Below, one piece after another: positions 34,492 to 43,612 of a DNA stretch of 64,000 bases. Origin of the DNA: a virus; IMG/VR virus record IMGVR_UViG_3300042308_001616, positions 58,861-122,860 of that record; one strand, 5' to 3'. The notes under the pieces were generated by a model, which was not told where the DNA came from, made no database searches, and was given only the letters and a program-made list of their open reading frames with translations. Within the stretch, counting starts at the first letter, position 1. Each line of letters starts with the position of its first letter. Both the position numbers and the translations under genes were made by a program.

Positions 34492-36642
34492 TTATATTAA
34501 CTTTTCAAATTTAATCTTTCCACAATCATAAACTCTAAAAAGTTTATTTATTTGTGCATATTCTGACTCTGTCAAATATGTTTTCGTTTTAGATTTTTTA
34601 TATCTGGATTTATGAACCCTATTACCATCAACTATATACTTATAGTCTGGTAGACTTTCACTCACCTTTTCAAATCCTAATTGATAATAAAGATTACCAA
34701 CAGACCAATCACGATCCGCATAACTGATAACCCTTTTAGGTTTAAAGTTTCTAATAAAATAACTAAATAGTTTTGATGCACCACCAATTACCGTAGTATT
34801 TATAGAATTACAAAATCTATTGATGTTCCAATCAGATTCTGACATTTTTTTACGACCTTCGAAATGATCAAATGTCATCAAGCTAACTAATTGATTATTA
34901 AAAATCAAACCTAATTTCAAACAACTATTAACCTTACCCTGAATATGATTTTTTTCTAAAAAAGTCATAGCTGTTTTTGCATCAACTTCTATTATAGAAC
35001 ATTTTCTAGCATAAATAGTATTACTAATTTTATTCAACATATTTGAAATTTGTGACTCAATTATACTCCTTCTCATAACCCAATCATCCTCCCAAATATG
35101 AATAATACGTATATCTTTATTCCTAAAAAAATTAGTTTTATTTATGTGGTAATTTTTATTCTTATATTCACTACTGTGCCAATAAAGACCATTAAACTCA
35201 AATCCAATACCCAGATCAGGAAGATAAATATCTATCTCTAAATCATCTCTATAACCAGATATTACCTCACCATCATATATCCCAGTTATATAATTAAGTA
35301 ATTCTTTTTCCATTATAGACTTATTATCCCCAATAGGATAACAAATGGTACAAATAGGATTGCCTGAATTGGTTCTTTTTATATAATTGTCAACACCTAT
35401 TATAAATTTATGGTCTTTACCACAGTCACATATAAATAAACTATTCGAGTCAGAAATGTATTGAATATAATTTAAGTCATTTGCAACAATATATTTATTC
35501 TTTCTAAATTCTTCAGATTTTTGAATATTATCAATTCCAAATTGATTAATATTTGTCAATTTTGTTTTTTCTTTAGACTCATTTGTTTTAGAATAATTAT
35601 CAACACCATACTTTTCCAGACTCGTATTAACAACTTTATATTTAAACAAAGATGACTTAGAATGGTGTTCTACACCATATCTTTCTAAATTGGTATCTTT
35701 AGACTTCTTCTTAAAACTATCACTCTGATAATACCAATCAACACCATATTTTAGTTTATTAGTTATTTTAGTACGATTATTATACTCATCAGTCTGTGCA
35801 TAATATTTTACACCATATCTCTCTAAATTAGTCTTTGATGATTTATTTCTGAAGTCATCACTCTGATAATAGAATTCTGAACCATATTTTTCTTTATTTG
35901 TTTTAGTAACACGATTAAGAAATTCATCCGTCTTTGAATAATGATTTACACCATATTTCTCTAAATTAGTATTTAATGTCTTTTCTTTATACTCATCTGT
36001 TTGTGTATAATACTCTACACCATATTTCTCTAAATTTGTATTTATAGTCTTTTCTTTATACTCATCCGTTTGTGTATAATGTTCTACACCATATTTTTCG
36101 AGATTTGTATTTACTCTTTTGTCCTTTACCGAATCTAATTGTGATATGTGAGAAACTCCATATTTACTATTTATATTGTCGGACCATTTTTTCCTTACCT
36201 CCTCATTTTGAAAACTAGACTTATGGCCATATCTTTCTAAATTAGTATCCTCAATTTTTTTCTTTACTAAATCACTTTTTGCAACATTAGTAACTCCGTA
36301 TTTCTCTAAATTTGTTTTAATCCTCTTCTCTTTGGTTGATTTGTCAGATTGTGCACATTTAGGAGAACAATAATTTCTATAACCATCTAACCAGTTTTTA
36401 TTGAATGTAGTAGGATTACCACAACAACATAAAAATTTATTATCTATATCATTTACCCAATACCATAACTTTTCTTTAAAAGAAATATCTTCTATATTGG
36501 AACAAAAATCGTTTATTGTAGTAACAAGTTCTTCATAATTTTTCTCAAAAAAAGATTCACGTAATCTTGATGATGAACCATCAAGTATATCTAATATTAT
36601 TTTTTTCCTTTCTTCTATCATAAAGTATATATAAAGTAACAT
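34492..36642 (-). CDS. Putative free-standing homing endonuclease: Zn-ribbon N-terminus, ~12 tandem 22-aa repeats, Vsr-like PD-(D/E)xK nuclease domain
   Basis: N-terminus CCCGNPTTF...YCSPKC. Repeats of consensus TNLEKYGVxxYxQTDEYKEKT. Nuclease motif EIDIYLPDLGIGFEFNGLYWHS (E..G..WH as in Vsr/Tlr8p-PBCV-like HEs). Sits beside the major capsid gene. Confidence 0.55.
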   Translation of the reverse strand: MLLYIYFMIEERKKIILDILDGSSSRLRESFFEKNYEELVTTINDFCSNIEDISFKEKLWYWVNDIDNKFLCCCGNPTTFNKNWLDGYRNYCSPKCAQSDKSTKEKRIKTNLEKYGVTNVAKSDLVKKKIEDTNLERYGHKSSFQNEEVRKKWSDNINSKYGVSHISQLDSVKDKRVNTNLEKYGVEHYTQTDEYKEKTINTNLEKYGVEYYTQTDEYKEKTLNTNLEKYGVNHYSKTDEFLNRVTKTNKEKYGSEFYYQSDDFRNKSSKTNLERYGVKYYAQTDEYNNRTKITNKLKYGVDWYYQSDSFKKKSKDTNLERYGVEHHSKSSLFKYKVVNTSLEKYGVDNYSKTNESKEKTKLTNINQFGIDNIQKSEEFRKNKYIVANDLNYIQYISDSNSLFICDCGKDHKFIIGVDNYIKRTNSGNPICTICYPIGDNKSIMEKELLNYITGIYDGEVISGYRDDLEIDIYLPDLGIGFEFNGLYWHSSEYKNKNYHINKTNFFRNKDIRIIHIWEDDWVMRRSIIESQISNMLNKISNTIYARKCSIIEVDAKTAMTFLEKNHIQGKVNSCLKLGLIFNNQLVSLMTFDHFEGRKKMSESDWNINRFCNSINTTVIGGASKLFSYFIRNFKPKRVISYADRDWSVGNLYYQLGFEKVSESLPDYKYIVDGNRVHKSRYKKSKTKTYLTESEYAQINKLFRVYDCGKIKFEKLI
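35500..36340 (-). repeat. Tandem ~66-bp coding repeats (22-aa KYG repeat units) inside the homing endonuclease gene
   Basis: Visible periodicity in DNA and protein (TNLEKYGV.. x ~12). Confidence 0.6.
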
Positions 36643-36784
36643 TTACTCCTTTACTCTTATAAATATATATAATTTTTGTTTTTAGTATATCAATTTTTTG
36701 TTCAGAAAACCTGACAGTGTGAAAATTTTATTAACAAAAAAAGCTATCACAATGGATAGCTTTTTTGTTATTTTATAATTACTA

Positions 36785-38497
36785 TTAGTTAAGGAATTGA
36801 TTCTCATCAGTAACGTTAATAGTCATAAATTGTTTGTGTGGGAACCATCCAACCTCGGCAACTGCATACCTAGATCTTAGTAACATTCTTGGTGCAAAAG
36901 TTGCTTCAGAAATAACTGAGATAGATTGAGCCATTAAGTAAGGAACGAAGATGATACCTGGTTGATCAGGGTTATTCTTTCTACCTAAAACGATTCTGTT
37001 GTCATTATATCTCATGTATGGATCAACATAGATAGCGATATCTCCGATTGAACCTACAGGGTATAATTGACCTTGTCCGTTTAATTTAGACTTCAATGGG
37101 TTAATTGTATAACCAGCGATGTCTTGAAGAGCTGCAGCAAGACCCCCGTTTGTGATAAGGTATTGAGCAGGACCTACACGACCCTCAGTTGCGATGAAGT
37201 TAGATGCGTGAGCAATCTTAGTAATCAATTTTCTTTGAACTGCGTGAGTAGTTTCACCACCAATATTAGCAGAAGCAGCATAAGTAGTATCTAAATCGAA
37301 GATTGTCATACCAGCTGTGTATCCAGCAACGTTAGTGTTAGCAGCAGGAGCAGAAGCTCTGTTTAATTGTCCCATTTCGAAAATCTTAGCAACGATTTGC
37401 TTAGAAATTGTTTGTGACAATTCGTTAACAAGGATAGATTCCATTTTTTGAACGATATCCATACCTGTGTTAGCTTTGATATCTTCAATCTCAGTTCTTC
37501 TAAGTGCAGAAGATACTTCGATAGTACCAACTTGGATAGTCTTAGATGAAATCTTAGGTCCGATAACACCAGCATAAGAATCATCATCGATATCCCTGTT
37601 CATTGGATAATCACCAGACTGAACGTTAGCTGTCCAGTTTGCAGAGAAACCTGGGATGTGATCTTCTAATGTAGATACTAACTCGATAGTAGGTGTAGCA
37701 GTAACAGCTTGAGTACCAATGTTCTTGATTTGCGAAGCCATAGACTGAGTAGGGTTGAAAGAGTTTCTAGTTGCGTCGAAAGACCATGCAGTCAAAGCAG
37801 AACCAACTGCAGTGTGAGCAGTGTTTGCTTGTCTCCAAGCTCTGAACATTGGGTAACCATCTACTCTTGAGAATCCTAAGAATTCAAGAACTCCTACTTT
37901 ACTAGCAGATTCTGCTGGAGCTGTAGTTACGAGTGGGTTAGAAGAACCGAAACCATTTACGAATAATCTACCACCTTGAAGACCACCTGTAGTATTTGTT
38001 GTTCCTGCGGCAAAACCAGCTTCTAATGCAGTTTTGATATCAGCTTGGTTAGCTGGAGTTGTAGCCTTAAGTTTGAAAACTTGTGGTCTCTCATCACCAG
38101 AACCTAATCTTGTGTCATCATATTGGAAATCGATGTAAAGTAAATCGATTTTCGGACCTGGAGTTGGTTTAACAGCAACAAGGTCAAGACCAATAGTTTG
38201 AGCAGCAATTTTCATAGCTACTGGTAAAAGGTTTTGTCCTACGTCTCCAGAACCTGCTACGTTACCAAGTGCATTTGAGTAGTTACCTGGGTTACCCGCA
38301 AATGAACCAACTGTAGCATTTGAAACTGGACCCATACCTGCTACGTTAGAAGCATTTACGTATGCGTTTTCGTTGATTGAGTGAAACTCAGCGTATTCCG
38401 CCATCCATTCTACTCTATCACCAATGACACCCATATTCTCGAGAACTGGTGCCCATTTTTTAGTGGCTTTCGCCTTGTCTATCCTAATGTGTGACAT
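36785..38497 (-). CDS. Major capsid protein, T4 gp23-like
   Basis: 570 aa. Segment LLPVAMKIAAQTIGLDLVAVKPTPGPKIDLLYIDF resembles T4 gp23 LIAFDICGVQPMNSPTGQVFALRAVY. Gly/Ala/Thr-rich and GC-richer than surroundings (highly expressed). A TATAAATATATAG late-promoter-like motif lies ~40 nt upstream. Confidence 0.85.
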   Translation of the reverse strand: MSHIRIDKAKATKKWAPVLENMGVIGDRVEWMAEYAEFHSINENAYVNASNVAGMGPVSNATVGSFAGNPGNYSNALGNVAGSGDVGQNLLPVAMKIAAQTIGLDLVAVKPTPGPKIDLLYIDFQYDDTRLGSGDERPQVFKLKATTPANQADIKTALEAGFAAGTTNTTGGLQGGRLFVNGFGSSNPLVTTAPAESASKVGVLEFLGFSRVDGYPMFRAWRQANTAHTAVGSALTAWSFDATRNSFNPTQSMASQIKNIGTQAVTATPTIELVSTLEDHIPGFSANWTANVQSGDYPMNRDIDDDSYAGVIGPKISSKTIQVGTIEVSSALRRTEIEDIKANTGMDIVQKMESILVNELSQTISKQIVAKIFEMGQLNRASAPAANTNVAGYTAGMTIFDLDTTYAASANIGGETTHAVQRKLITKIAHASNFIATEGRVGPAQYLITNGGLAAALQDIAGYTINPLKSKLNGQGQLYPVGSIGDIAIYVDPYMRYNDNRIVLGRKNNPDQPGIIFVPYLMAQSISVISEATFAPRMLLRSRYAVAEVGWFPHKQFMTINVTDENQFLN

Positions 38498-38531
38498 TTT
38501 TTAATTTTTATTTTTTTTTGTGAATAATAAT

Positions 38532-38547
38532 CTATATATTTATACAA
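38532..38547 (-). promoter_or_regulatory. Late-promoter-like motif TTGTATAAATATATAG upstream of the capsid gene (contains the T4 late consensus TATAAATA)
   Basis: Read on the minus strand; ~40 nt before the start codon. Confidence 0.45.
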
Positions 38548-38583
38548 TATGCTATTTTTTGAAGCGCCTGGATTTTTTATAGA

Positions 38584-40683
38584 TTAGATGTTTTTGAACC
38601 TTTCCATTATTGCAGACATTTCATCGTCAGACAACTTATCCTCTTGGATGAGTGCTTCGTGAGATACAAGCTTTTTAGTAGTGGATTCGTTCGTTTTGAG
38701 GTTTCTGGTTGACCAGAAATGCTCGATTTGAGACTCAGTCTTCAACATATCAGCTGGATAAAGTCTTGCTTGTGATAGCAAAGATTTTTTACCTGATTCG
38801 TTTAATTGACTCCAGATTGACTTAGTGTTTTCTGGCATAAGTCTTACTATTCTCTCTTCGAGTGTCTCAGTTGTAGTAGAAAGTGCCTCTGAAATGAGTG
38901 CAAGAACTTCTTTCTGTGTGAAATAACTTCTTTCGTTTATGTGAAGTTTCACAGCTTCTTGCTCCTCGTTAGTGAGTGCGTAGAAACTATCTACTTGTGA
39001 TTTGGACATAAACTTAAGAAAGTTCAAGTCACTTGTCTCGGAAACTTTACGTTTTTTAGCTTCTTCGATTAATTTATCAATAGATTCTGATAATTCAGAA
39101 TCTGAATTTCCTGTAATATTTTCATATAAGTCATCGTGAGATTCTTCCTCGTGAGATTCTTCCTCGTGTGCGTTTACTTCTTCAGGTGAAGTTTCAGCAA
39201 CACCGTTAGGTCCACACTCTTCTTCTTCCACTTCTTCTTCTTCTTCTTCTTCTTTTTCGTTATCTAATGAAGCAAAGTGATCAGTAAGAACTGGGAAACC
39301 ATCCTCTGCAGATTCGAAAACTTTTCCACCATTCAATTTCTCTGTAATTAAACCAGCGTAAGAAATAGTTTTGTCTAAGTTCTCAGCGATGTATTCAGAA
39401 TAAGCGATGTTATCATCAAGGTGCTCAGCGATGTACTCAGAGTAAGCGATGTTACCTTCTACGTGCTCAGCTAAGTATTCAGAATAAGCGATTGAATTAT
39501 CAACGTGCTCAGCGATGTACTCAGAATAAGCGATATTTTTATCTAAGTTCTCAGCAATGTACTCAGAATAAGCGATATTTTTATCTAAATTCTCAGCAAT
39601 GTACTCAGAGTAAGCGATATTTTTATCTAAGTTCTCAGCAAGGTACTCAGAATAAGAAATGTTTTTATCTAAATTCTCAGCGATATACTCAGAATAAGAA
39701 ATGTTTTTATCTAAATTCTCAGCAACATACTCAGAATAAGCGATATTTTTGTCTAAGTTCTCAGCAAGGTACTCAGAATAGTTAACTGCCTTCTCAAGGT
39801 TCTCAGCTAAATAATCATTATGCTTGATAAGTTTTTCGGTAGTCTCTTTTAAAGACTTGTTCTCGTTTACCATAATCTGAACTTTTTCAGCTAAGTAGTC
39901 AAGATATTGGACAACTTTAGAGTTATCATTGTTGAGTTGCTCGTAATACTCAATAAGTTGCTCCAACTTCTTAGGGTCCATATTGCCTTTAGAGATGGCG
40001 TTTTTGACTTGCTTCTTAGTGGTAGCGAGCTCTTTGACCAAGTACTGCGAGTAGTCAGTCAACTGTTGTTTGGTAACGTACTCGTTCCTGTTCATGTTGA
40101 ATAAATCATTTATTTTTGACTCATCGGACATCTCATATATCCTAAAGTTAGATTTCGGGTTATCGAGGCCAAGAGATTCATTTAGAACTTTCACATTCAT
40201 TTTGGCAGAGGCGAACCCCGGATCAGCCACAATGTCGTATGTGAAAAGCTTCTTCAATGAGACCGTGCCATCAGATTCAGTGATACCTGCTGCGCGTGAA
40301 GAAACGAAAAGAGGACATCCGTCATCGACGAGTGCCTTAGCTTCTTTACCCCAATAGGTGCTCAATAGTCTGATTTCGCCCGATACCAGGTTAGATTCCT
40401 TAACATACTCAGCTTTAGTGATTATGTGGGAAGCCCTGGAAAGTGAGGTGTCGAAAACATCCGGGTGGTCGAACTCTCCATAGACTACACCGAGGTTATT
40501 CATTCTCTCGTTCATCTCTTGAAGTGCCGGAAGGAATCTGTTAGCAGTATAAACCCTCTCATTTCTGTTCTTAATATCGAACTCGGTGAAGGTTCCACCT
40601 AAAACATAATCCTTGTTACCAGACCCGTTGCTCTCTCTCACAAGAGAGTTTGTAGAGTTTTCTACAATCAATACTGGTTTCAT
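38584..40683 (-). CDS. Prohead core protease (T4 gp21-like) fused to a repeat-rich scaffolding region (gp22-like coiled coil)
   Basis: N-terminus GEFDHP...SGEIRLLSTYWGKEAKALVDDGCPLFVSSRAAG resembles T4 gp21 (GELGHP). Middle has ~14 tandem copies of AENLDKNIAYSEYI. C-terminus is acidic and helical (EEEEEEEVEEEE). Confidence 0.7.
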   Translation of the reverse strand: MKPVLIVENSTNSLVRESNGSGNKDYVLGGTFTEFDIKNRNERVYTANRFLPALQEMNERMNNLGVVYGEFDHPDVFDTSLSRASHIITKAEYVKESNLVSGEIRLLSTYWGKEAKALVDDGCPLFVSSRAAGITESDGTVSLKKLFTYDIVADPGFASAKMNVKVLNESLGLDNPKSNFRIYEMSDESKINDLFNMNRNEYVTKQQLTDYSQYLVKELATTKKQVKNAISKGNMDPKKLEQLIEYYEQLNNDNSKVVQYLDYLAEKVQIMVNENKSLKETTEKLIKHNDYLAENLEKAVNYSEYLAENLDKNIAYSEYVAENLDKNISYSEYIAENLDKNISYSEYLAENLDKNIAYSEYIAENLDKNIAYSEYIAENLDKNIAYSEYIAEHVDNSIAYSEYLAEHVEGNIAYSEYIAEHLDDNIAYSEYIAENLDKTISYAGLITEKLNGGKVFESAEDGFPVLTDHFASLDNEKEEEEEEEVEEEECGPNGVAETSPEEVNAHEEESHEEESHDDLYENITGNSDSELSESIDKLIEEAKKRKVSETSDLNFLKFMSKSQVDSFYALTNEEQEAVKLHINERSYFTQKEVLALISEALSTTTETLEERIVRLMPENTKSIWSQLNESGKKSLLSQARLYPADMLKTESQIEHFWSTRNLKTNESTTKKLVSHEALIQEDKLSDDEMSAIMERFKNI
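39290..39815 (-). repeat. Tandem 42-bp repeats (14-aa unit YSEYIAENLDKNIA, ~12-14 copies) within the protease-scaffold gene
   Basis: Near-identical 42-nt units, e.g. CTCAGCGATGTACTCAGAATAAGCGATATTTTTATCTAAGTT repeated. Confidence 0.7.
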
Positions 40684-40816
40684 GCAATTGCTTATTTTTT
40701 GTGCGTTAGAGTATATATAACCGGTTTATCGTCCCCTTTTGATATACACGGATTTTTTATGGTGAATATTTTTGAACATGTGTAAACCAATTTGATTTAA
40801 TGAATAAAATAGGCGA

Positions 40817-41221
40817 GTGGATTTTTTACATATGATAATCACAAGAGAAATTTCGATAAGAATAACAGAGTCGAACTACCAGTATTACGACGACTTAGGG
40901 TATGACACCTCAATTGGTGAGGTAATCGTTATACCGGTGGAATTATTACCACGTGGATCACATCAAAAGATAAAGTGTGGTTGTGATGGCTGTGGAATAG
41001 AAAAAGAGGTTATATTTAAGAACTATTTGAAATATGATAACGACTGGGGACAATACTATTGTAGGAAGTGTTCAGAAATCAAAAGAAAAGAAACCCTCAG
41101 GAAGAACCATGGAGTTGACTACCCTATACAGAATAAAAAAATACTCCAAAAGATGAAACAAACGCTGGTTAAGAGATATGGCGTGGATAACATCGCAAAA
41201 CGAAAAGAAAAAGATGATTAA
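40817..41221 (+). CDS. Small Zn-ribbon protein with two KYG-type repeats; truncated paralog of the 34492-36642 endonuclease N-terminus
   Basis: CGCDGCG...CRKC plus RKNHGVDYPIQNKKILQKMKQTLVKRYGVDN. Its stop overlaps the RNase R start (ATGATTAA). Confidence 0.45.
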   Translation: MDFLHMIITREISIRITESNYQYYDDLGYDTSIGEVIVIPVELLPRGSHQKIKCGCDGCGIEKEVIFKNYLKYDNDWGQYYCRKCSEIKRKETLRKNHGVDYPIQNKKILQKMKQTLVKRYGVDNIAKRKEKDD

Positions 41222-43112
41222 TTACAAAGAGGGTGACGAGATAGTCGCACAAATTGAGTTCGGACATTCAGGGAATGCACAAATAAAAATAGAAGATAGA
41301 GAGTTCTTTATCCATAAGAGTAAAACTTTAAACTCACTACATTTGGACACAGTGAGAGTAATACTATTCAAAGGTCAGAAAAAAATAGAGGCTAAGGTAA
41401 TAGAAGTAGTTTCGAGATTCAAACAAAACTTTGTAGGAACTGCACAGGTAAAAAAAGACACAACATTTGTTGTTCCTGATAATCCGAAAGTACATGTAGA
41501 TTTCTATGTTAGAGGAAAACATGAAGCAGAAGATGGACAAAAGGTTCTTGTGGAAATGACCGATTGGAAAGAAGATTCAAGATCACCCGCCGGAAGGATA
41601 GTCAAAATACTTGGTAGAAAAGGAGAGAATGAAACTGAGATGAACTCTATAATGTATGAGTACAACCTACCAATCGACTTTCCTCAAGAAGTTATCAATG
41701 AGGCAGTATTAATCTCAGAAGTTATACCAGAATCCGAAATAAAGAAAAGAAGAGACATCAGGTCTTGGACGACAATCGGAATAGATCCACACGACTCAAA
41801 AGACGCAGATGATACAATCGGTCTACACTTCGAAAATGGTAAAAGACTAATCTCTATAAACATAGCGGATGTCTCACACTACGTAAAACCAGGTAGTGAG
41901 CTCGACAAAGAAGCATATAGAAGATCCAGTTCGGTATATTTAGTAGACAGATGTGTTCCAATGATACCACACAACCTATCAAATGGTATATGTTCGTTGA
42001 AATCTGGAAGTGATAAACTTTGTTATTCTGTTATTGTTGAACTAAATAATGATGGAAGGATAGAGGATAGTTGGTTCGGAAGAACTATAGTAAGAGTTGA
42101 TAAAGATTTCTCTTATGAAATGGCACAAGAGGTAATCGATAGAGGAACTACCGAAGTAGAAACTGAAAAAGTAATACTCGAATTAGATAGACTCGCCAGG
42201 AAGATGAGGAAAAGAAGATTGGCGGGTGGTTCACTCGAAATTGGTGGAGTTGAAGTAAAATTCAAATTGGACGGAGATGGTAAGAAACCGATAGGTGTAT
42301 ATCTTAAGGAACAAAAAGAGGCAAACCATCTTATTGAGGAATATATGTTACTTGCCAACCGAGAGGTAGCAAGGTTCATAAAGTCAAGAAAGTTACCTTG
42401 TGTTAATAGAATACACGAAGAACCGTCAGAAGAGAAATTAGAACACGTGAAGACTTTCATATCTGGTCTCGGATATATGATAAACTACGGATCAACACCA
42501 GAGAAGACAAAATTGGCGATAAATCAACTTATGAAAGATGCAAAAGGAACTCCCGAGGAGAACATCATAACCACTTTAGTAATAAGAGCACAACAGAAAG
42601 CAAAATATTCGACAAGGGATTTAGGTCACTATGGATTAGGTTTCCAACACTATTCACATTTCACAAGTCCAATTAGAAGATATAGTGACATACTAGCACA
42701 CAGACTTCTTTCGAGAGCACTAAACTCAGAAGGCTATAATAAGGATGTAAACTTCGGTGAACTAGACAAACAATGTGAATGGATTTCTAAACAAGAGATG
42801 GCAGCGTCGAAGGCACAGAGAGATTCGGTGAAGTACAAACAAGCAGAATACCTACAAGATAGGATAGGACAAGTTTTCGAGGGTATTGTCTCTGGAGTTC
42901 TCGAAAGAGGAATATACGTAGAACTCAACGAAAGTAAGTGTGAGGGAATGATTAGAATCTCAGAGATGGGTGGAAAGTGGACAGCATACCCGGACAAATA
43001 TGCAGTTATGAACGAGTTTGGTGAGACGATTCGATTGGGAGATACAATCAAAATCGTTATAAAGGCAGTAGATCTTGAAAAGAAACAAATTGATTTTATA
43101 AAATTCAACTAA
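41214..43112 (+). CDS. RNase II/R family 3'-5' exoribonuclease (OB/CSD domains, RNB catalytic domain, C-terminal S1)
   Basis: RNB motifs YLVDRCVPMIPHNLSNGICSL and HYGLGFQHYSHFTSPIRRYSDILAHRLL; C-terminal S1-like GIVSGVLERGIYVEL. An alternative upstream ATG at 41178 is possible. Confidence 0.8.
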   Translation: MINYKEGDEIVAQIEFGHSGNAQIKIEDREFFIHKSKTLNSLHLDTVRVILFKGQKKIEAKVIEVVSRFKQNFVGTAQVKKDTTFVVPDNPKVHVDFYVRGKHEAEDGQKVLVEMTDWKEDSRSPAGRIVKILGRKGENETEMNSIMYEYNLPIDFPQEVINEAVLISEVIPESEIKKRRDIRSWTTIGIDPHDSKDADDTIGLHFENGKRLISINIADVSHYVKPGSELDKEAYRRSSSVYLVDRCVPMIPHNLSNGICSLKSGSDKLCYSVIVELNNDGRIEDSWFGRTIVRVDKDFSYEMAQEVIDRGTTEVETEKVILELDRLARKMRKRRLAGGSLEIGGVEVKFKLDGDGKKPIGVYLKEQKEANHLIEEYMLLANREVARFIKSRKLPCVNRIHEEPSEEKLEHVKTFISGLGYMINYGSTPEKTKLAINQLMKDAKGTPEENIITTLVIRAQQKAKYSTRDLGHYGLGFQHYSHFTSPIRRYSDILAHRLLSRALNSEGYNKDVNFGELDKQCEWISKQEMAASKAQRDSVKYKQAEYLQDRIGQVFEGIVSGVLERGIYVELNESKCEGMIRISEMGGKWTAYPDKYAVMNEFGETIRLGDTIKIVIKAVDLEKKQIDFIKFN

Positions 43113-43113
43113 A

Positions 43114-43560
43114 ATGGGAAGGTTAAAGTCGAAAGAAATGGTCGTACACACCTTAGAAGTAGAATTGAATGATGATGAATCACTCGACTACTACGAGAGT
43201 CTACTCACCAGGTACAACCAATGGAAGGTATTCAAAAGAGAGGTCAGACTCACTGGTCTACTGAATTCTGGTAAGAAGATACAATTCGACATAGAAGACG
43301 CGAACCTACTAATATACACAGATATGGATGCCATACAATACATACACAAAGCAGTCTTCCGTGCAGACAACATAAAATTTATATTGAAAGACGAAGAAAT
43401 AGTCAGTATGTCATTGTCCGGTGAGATAATTCCAACATCGATGGGAACTTGTATAAAAGGAATATTGGACGAAGGAATACCACTAAAGATAAAGAAGTAC
43501 AACGACAAACAAGGTAGAATAATTTTCTACATAGACATAGAAGACGACAAAGCAGCATAA
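43114..43560 (+). CDS. Hypothetical protein (148 aa), immediately downstream of RNase R
   Basis: ORF; start 1 nt after the RNase R stop. Confidence 0.45.
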   Translation: MGRLKSKEMVVHTLEVELNDDESLDYYESLLTRYNQWKVFKREVRLTGLLNSGKKIQFDIEDANLLIYTDMDAIQYIHKAVFRADNIKFILKDEEIVSMSLSGEIIPTSMGTCIKGILDEGIPLKIKKYNDKQGRIIFYIDIEDDKAA

Positions 43561-43574
43561 AGCAGCATAAAAAA

Positions 43575-43602
43575 AAACCTCTCAATGAGAGGTTTTGTTT
43601 TT
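43575..43602. terminator. Rho-independent terminator (AAACCTCTC-AATG-AGAGGTTT plus T-run), bidirectional
   Basis: A8 run, 9-bp stem, T-run; lies between convergent genes. Confidence 0.65.
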
Positions 43603-43612
43603 ATAATAAGTT

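Noticed and set aside
43554-43573. 10-bp tandem duplication AAGCAGCATA-AAGCAGCATA spanning the stop codon of 43114-43560
   Set aside because: A tiny local duplication without evident function, probably replication slippage. Noted only.
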